A stretch of DNA of 64,000 bases from Actinomycetota bacterium (lineage in GTDB: Bacteria > Actinomycetota > UBA4738 > HRBIN12), in contig DATFFT010000003.1 of assembly GCA_035249905.1 (NCBI GenBank), forward strand, positions 2,756-66,755, in the 5' to 3' direction. Positions within the stretch are counted from its first letter, which is position 1; each line of letters opens with the position of its first letter. A model generated the notes under the pieces. That model was not told the origin of the DNA, ran no database searches, and saw only the letters and a program-made list of their open reading frames with translations. The position numbers and the translations under genes were made by a program. Of the stretch, positions 61,894 to 64,000 are shown in pieces.

Positions 61894-63974
61894 CGATCGC
61901 CACCCGATCGCGCCACCGCGAGATCCTGCAGCGCGCGATGGGCGTCGATACCGCGGGTCGCGGGGACCTTGTGCCATGAACCGTCGCCGTCGAGCTCCCA
62001 TGCGAGTTCGTCGTCGTCCAACTCCACCCGCAGGATCTCGTTCAGCCGCTCCCGCAGCGACGGTTCCTGCACCGGGGCCAACGCCTCGACCCGCCGGTCG
62101 AGGTTGCGCGGCATCAGGTCGGCAGAGCCGATCAGGTGGTCGAAGCCCCGCTCTTCGCTGCCGAAGCGATAGACCCGCGAATGTTCCAGGAATCGACCGA
62201 CGATGGAGCGGACGCGGATCGTCTCGGACAACCCGGGCACGCCGGGTCGCAGGCAGCAGATGCCCCGCACCAGCAGTTCGATGCGCACACCCGCCTGGGA
62301 CGCTTCGTACAGCGCGTCGATGAGATCGGGATCGACGAGGGCGTTCATCTTCAGCACGATCGACCCGTCGTCGTTCGCCATCTCGCGTCGGATCAGCGCC
62401 TCGAGTCCGGGGCGCATCGTGACCGGCGCGACGAGCAGCTTGCGGTACTCGCGCTGACGGCTGTACCCCGTCAGCACGTTGAACAGGTCGGTGAGGTCGG
62501 CGCCGAGATCGGCATCGGCCGTGAGCAGCCCGAGATCCTCGTAGAGCCGGGCGGTGGTGGGGTTGTAGTTGCCGGTGCCGATGTGCGCGTATCGGCGGAT
62601 GCCGCCGCCTTCCCGGCGGACGACGAGAGACGTCTTGGCGTGCGTCTTGAGACCCACGACCCCGTACACGACATGCACCCCTGCGGTCTCGAGCGTCCTC
62701 GCGAACGTGATGTTCGCGAGCTCGTCGAAGCGGGCCTTCAGCTCGACGAGGGCCACGACCTGCTTACCGGACTCGGCGGCCCGAACGAGCGAATGGATGA
62801 TCGGGCTCTCGGACGACGTGCGGTACAGGGTCTGCTTGATCGCGAGCACGTCGGGGTCACTCGCCGCCTGCTCGACGAACGCTTCGACCGATGCAGAGAA
62901 CGAGTCGTAAGGATGATGCACGAGGATGTCGCCGGTCCTGATCGCCCCGAAGACGTCGACCGGGCCATCGTGCGATTCGAGCGGAGCCGGTGTCACCGGC
63001 GTCCACGGCTCGTCCTTGAGGTCGAGGCGGTCAAGACCCGTGAAGAACCACAGATCGCCGAGGGCGAGGAGCCACGCCCCCACGTACACCTGCGACTCCT
63101 CGATGCCCATCTCCCGCATCAGCAGCTGACGCAGCTCGTCGCCCATCGTGGGATCGATCTCGAGCCGGATCGCCGTCGCGCCTCGTTGCCGGCGTTGGAG
63201 CACCGTCTCGATGGCCGCCAGCAGATCGTCCGCCTCGTCCTCCTCGACCTCGACGTCGGCGTCGCGCGTCACCCGAAAGACGTGCACCTCGACGATGTCC
63301 ATGCCGGGGAAGAGCTGATCGAGGTGAGCCGCGACGACCTCCTCGAGCGGCACGTACCGCTCCCCGTCGGGCAGGTCGGTGAACCGTGGTAGCAGGGGCG
63401 GGATCTTCACCCGTGCGAAACGCCGTTCGCCCGTGACCGGGTCGCGGATCGCGGCCGCCAGGTTCAACGAGAGGCTGGAGATGTAGGGGAACGGATGCGC
63501 TGGATCGACGGAGAGCGGCGTCAGCACCGGGAAGATGCGTTCGCGGAACCTGCGGCCGAGGAACTCCTTGTCGTCGTCGGCGAGCTGGTCCCAGTGCACG
63601 ACCCGGATGCGCTCCTTCTCCAGGGCGGGCAACAGCTCGCCCTGAACGAGCGCGTCGGCACGTTCCTGCAGCGCCACGACCCGTTCGCGGATCGCGACGA
63701 GCTGCTCCTGCGGGCTCATGCCGTCGGGAGTCATGGCCGCGACCCCGGCATCGACCTGCTCCTCCAGGCCCGAGACCCTGATCTGGAAGAACTCGTCGAG
63801 GTTCTGGGTGAAGATCGCCACGAACTTCACCCGCTCGAGCAGGGGCAGGACCGGGTTCTCGGCGAGCGCCAAGACCCTCGAGTCGAACTCCAGCCACGAG
63901 ACCTCGCGGTTGATGAATCGCGAGGTCGTGGCCGTCACAGGCTCGGGGAAGGGCTGCGCATCCACGGTCGTCAT
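61890..63974 (-). CDS. ppk: polyphosphate kinase 1
   Basis: 694 aa. Motifs FINREVSWLEFDSRVL, VKFVAIFTQNLDEFFQIRV, HAKTSLVVRRE and GSADLMPRNL. Confidence 0.95.
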   Translation of the reverse strand: MTTVDAQPFPEPVTATTSRFINREVSWLEFDSRVLALAENPVLPLLERVKFVAIFTQNLDEFFQIRVSGLEEQVDAGVAAMTPDGMSPQEQLVAIRERVVALQERADALVQGELLPALEKERIRVVHWDQLADDDKEFLGRRFRERIFPVLTPLSVDPAHPFPYISSLSLNLAAAIRDPVTGERRFARVKIPPLLPRFTDLPDGERYVPLEEVVAAHLDQLFPGMDIVEVHVFRVTRDADVEVEEDEADDLLAAIETVLQRRQRGATAIRLEIDPTMGDELRQLLMREMGIEESQVYVGAWLLALGDLWFFTGLDRLDLKDEPWTPVTPAPLESHDGPVDVFGAIRTGDILVHHPYDSFSASVEAFVEQAASDPDVLAIKQTLYRTSSESPIIHSLVRAAESGKQVVALVELKARFDELANITFARTLETAGVHVVYGVVGLKTHAKTSLVVRREGGGIRRYAHIGTGNYNPTTARLYEDLGLLTADADLGADLTDLFNVLTGYSRQREYRKLLVAPVTMRPGLEALIRREMANDDGSIVLKMNALVDPDLIDALYEASQAGVRIELLVRGICCLRPGVPGLSETIRVRSIVGRFLEHSRVYRFGSEERGFDHLIGSADLMPRNLDRRVEALAPVQEPSLRERLNEILRVELDDDELAWELDGDGSWHKVPATRGIDAHRALQDLAVARSGGDR

Positions 63975-64000
63975 TATCGTACGGAGGGCCCGACGAGGCA

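Noticed and set aside
1-64000. A window-wide search for tRNA, rRNA, CRISPR arrays, transposases, integrases, toxin-antitoxin pairs and known defence genes
   Set aside because: Coding density leaves only ten gaps longer than 130 nt. None shows a tRNA cloverleaf, repeat-spacer structure or terminal inverted repeats. No ORF carries DDE, tyrosine or serine recombinase motifs, or typical defence-system motifs. The window looks like core chromosome.

Overview
This is a very GC-rich, densely packed chromosomal segment. GC content was judged by eye and not computed. I place it in the Actinomycetota by inference from its gene content: an MMPL transporter, a PucR regulator, otsA/otsB plus a GH15 trehalase, an F420-type FrhB homologue, a PIG-L deacetylase, and ppk1 next to a Nudix/His-phosphatase gene. 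About 60 genes can be supported. Many are joined by 4-nt GTGA or ATGA stop/start overlaps.

Recognisable modules, from left to right:
- a TPP-riboswitch-controlled thiamine salvage operon (thiN, binding protein, permease);
- histidine utilisation genes (hutU, hutH, hutI) with an embedded S51 peptidase-like gene;
- a convergent pair of c-di-GMP response regulators (REC-EAL and REC-GGDDF);
- reverse transsulfuration genes (CBS, a DUF429-like gene, cystathionine gamma-lyase);
- a CoA-related trio;
- an IscA-type carrier, an FrhB-like protein and a GAF-PAS histidine kinase;
- a polyamine/GABA uptake and catabolism island (ABC transporter, two aldehyde dehydrogenases, PucR, gabT);
- trehalose genes;
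- an MMPL transporter with a roughly 240-aa coiled-coil insert;
- a CGNR zinc-finger gene coupled to an AlkA-like glycosylase gene;
- a triad of an MgtE-like channel, a PhoU/RCK protein and a tandem-RAM protein;
- ispH, an Rpf-like transglycosylase behind a long leader, and corA;
- a polyphosphate operon (ppk1, CYTH-CHAD, Nudix-HP).

I saw no tRNA or rRNA genes, CRISPR arrays, transposases, integrases or obvious defence islands. I did not find an unambiguous new system. The best candidates for follow-up are the MgtE-like/PhoU-RCK/RAM triad, the MMPL coiled-coil insert, the S51 gene inside the hut operon, the degenerate REC-GGDDF protein, and the structured leader before the transglycosylase gene.

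All functional calls rest on motif recognition from memory. No database search was run.
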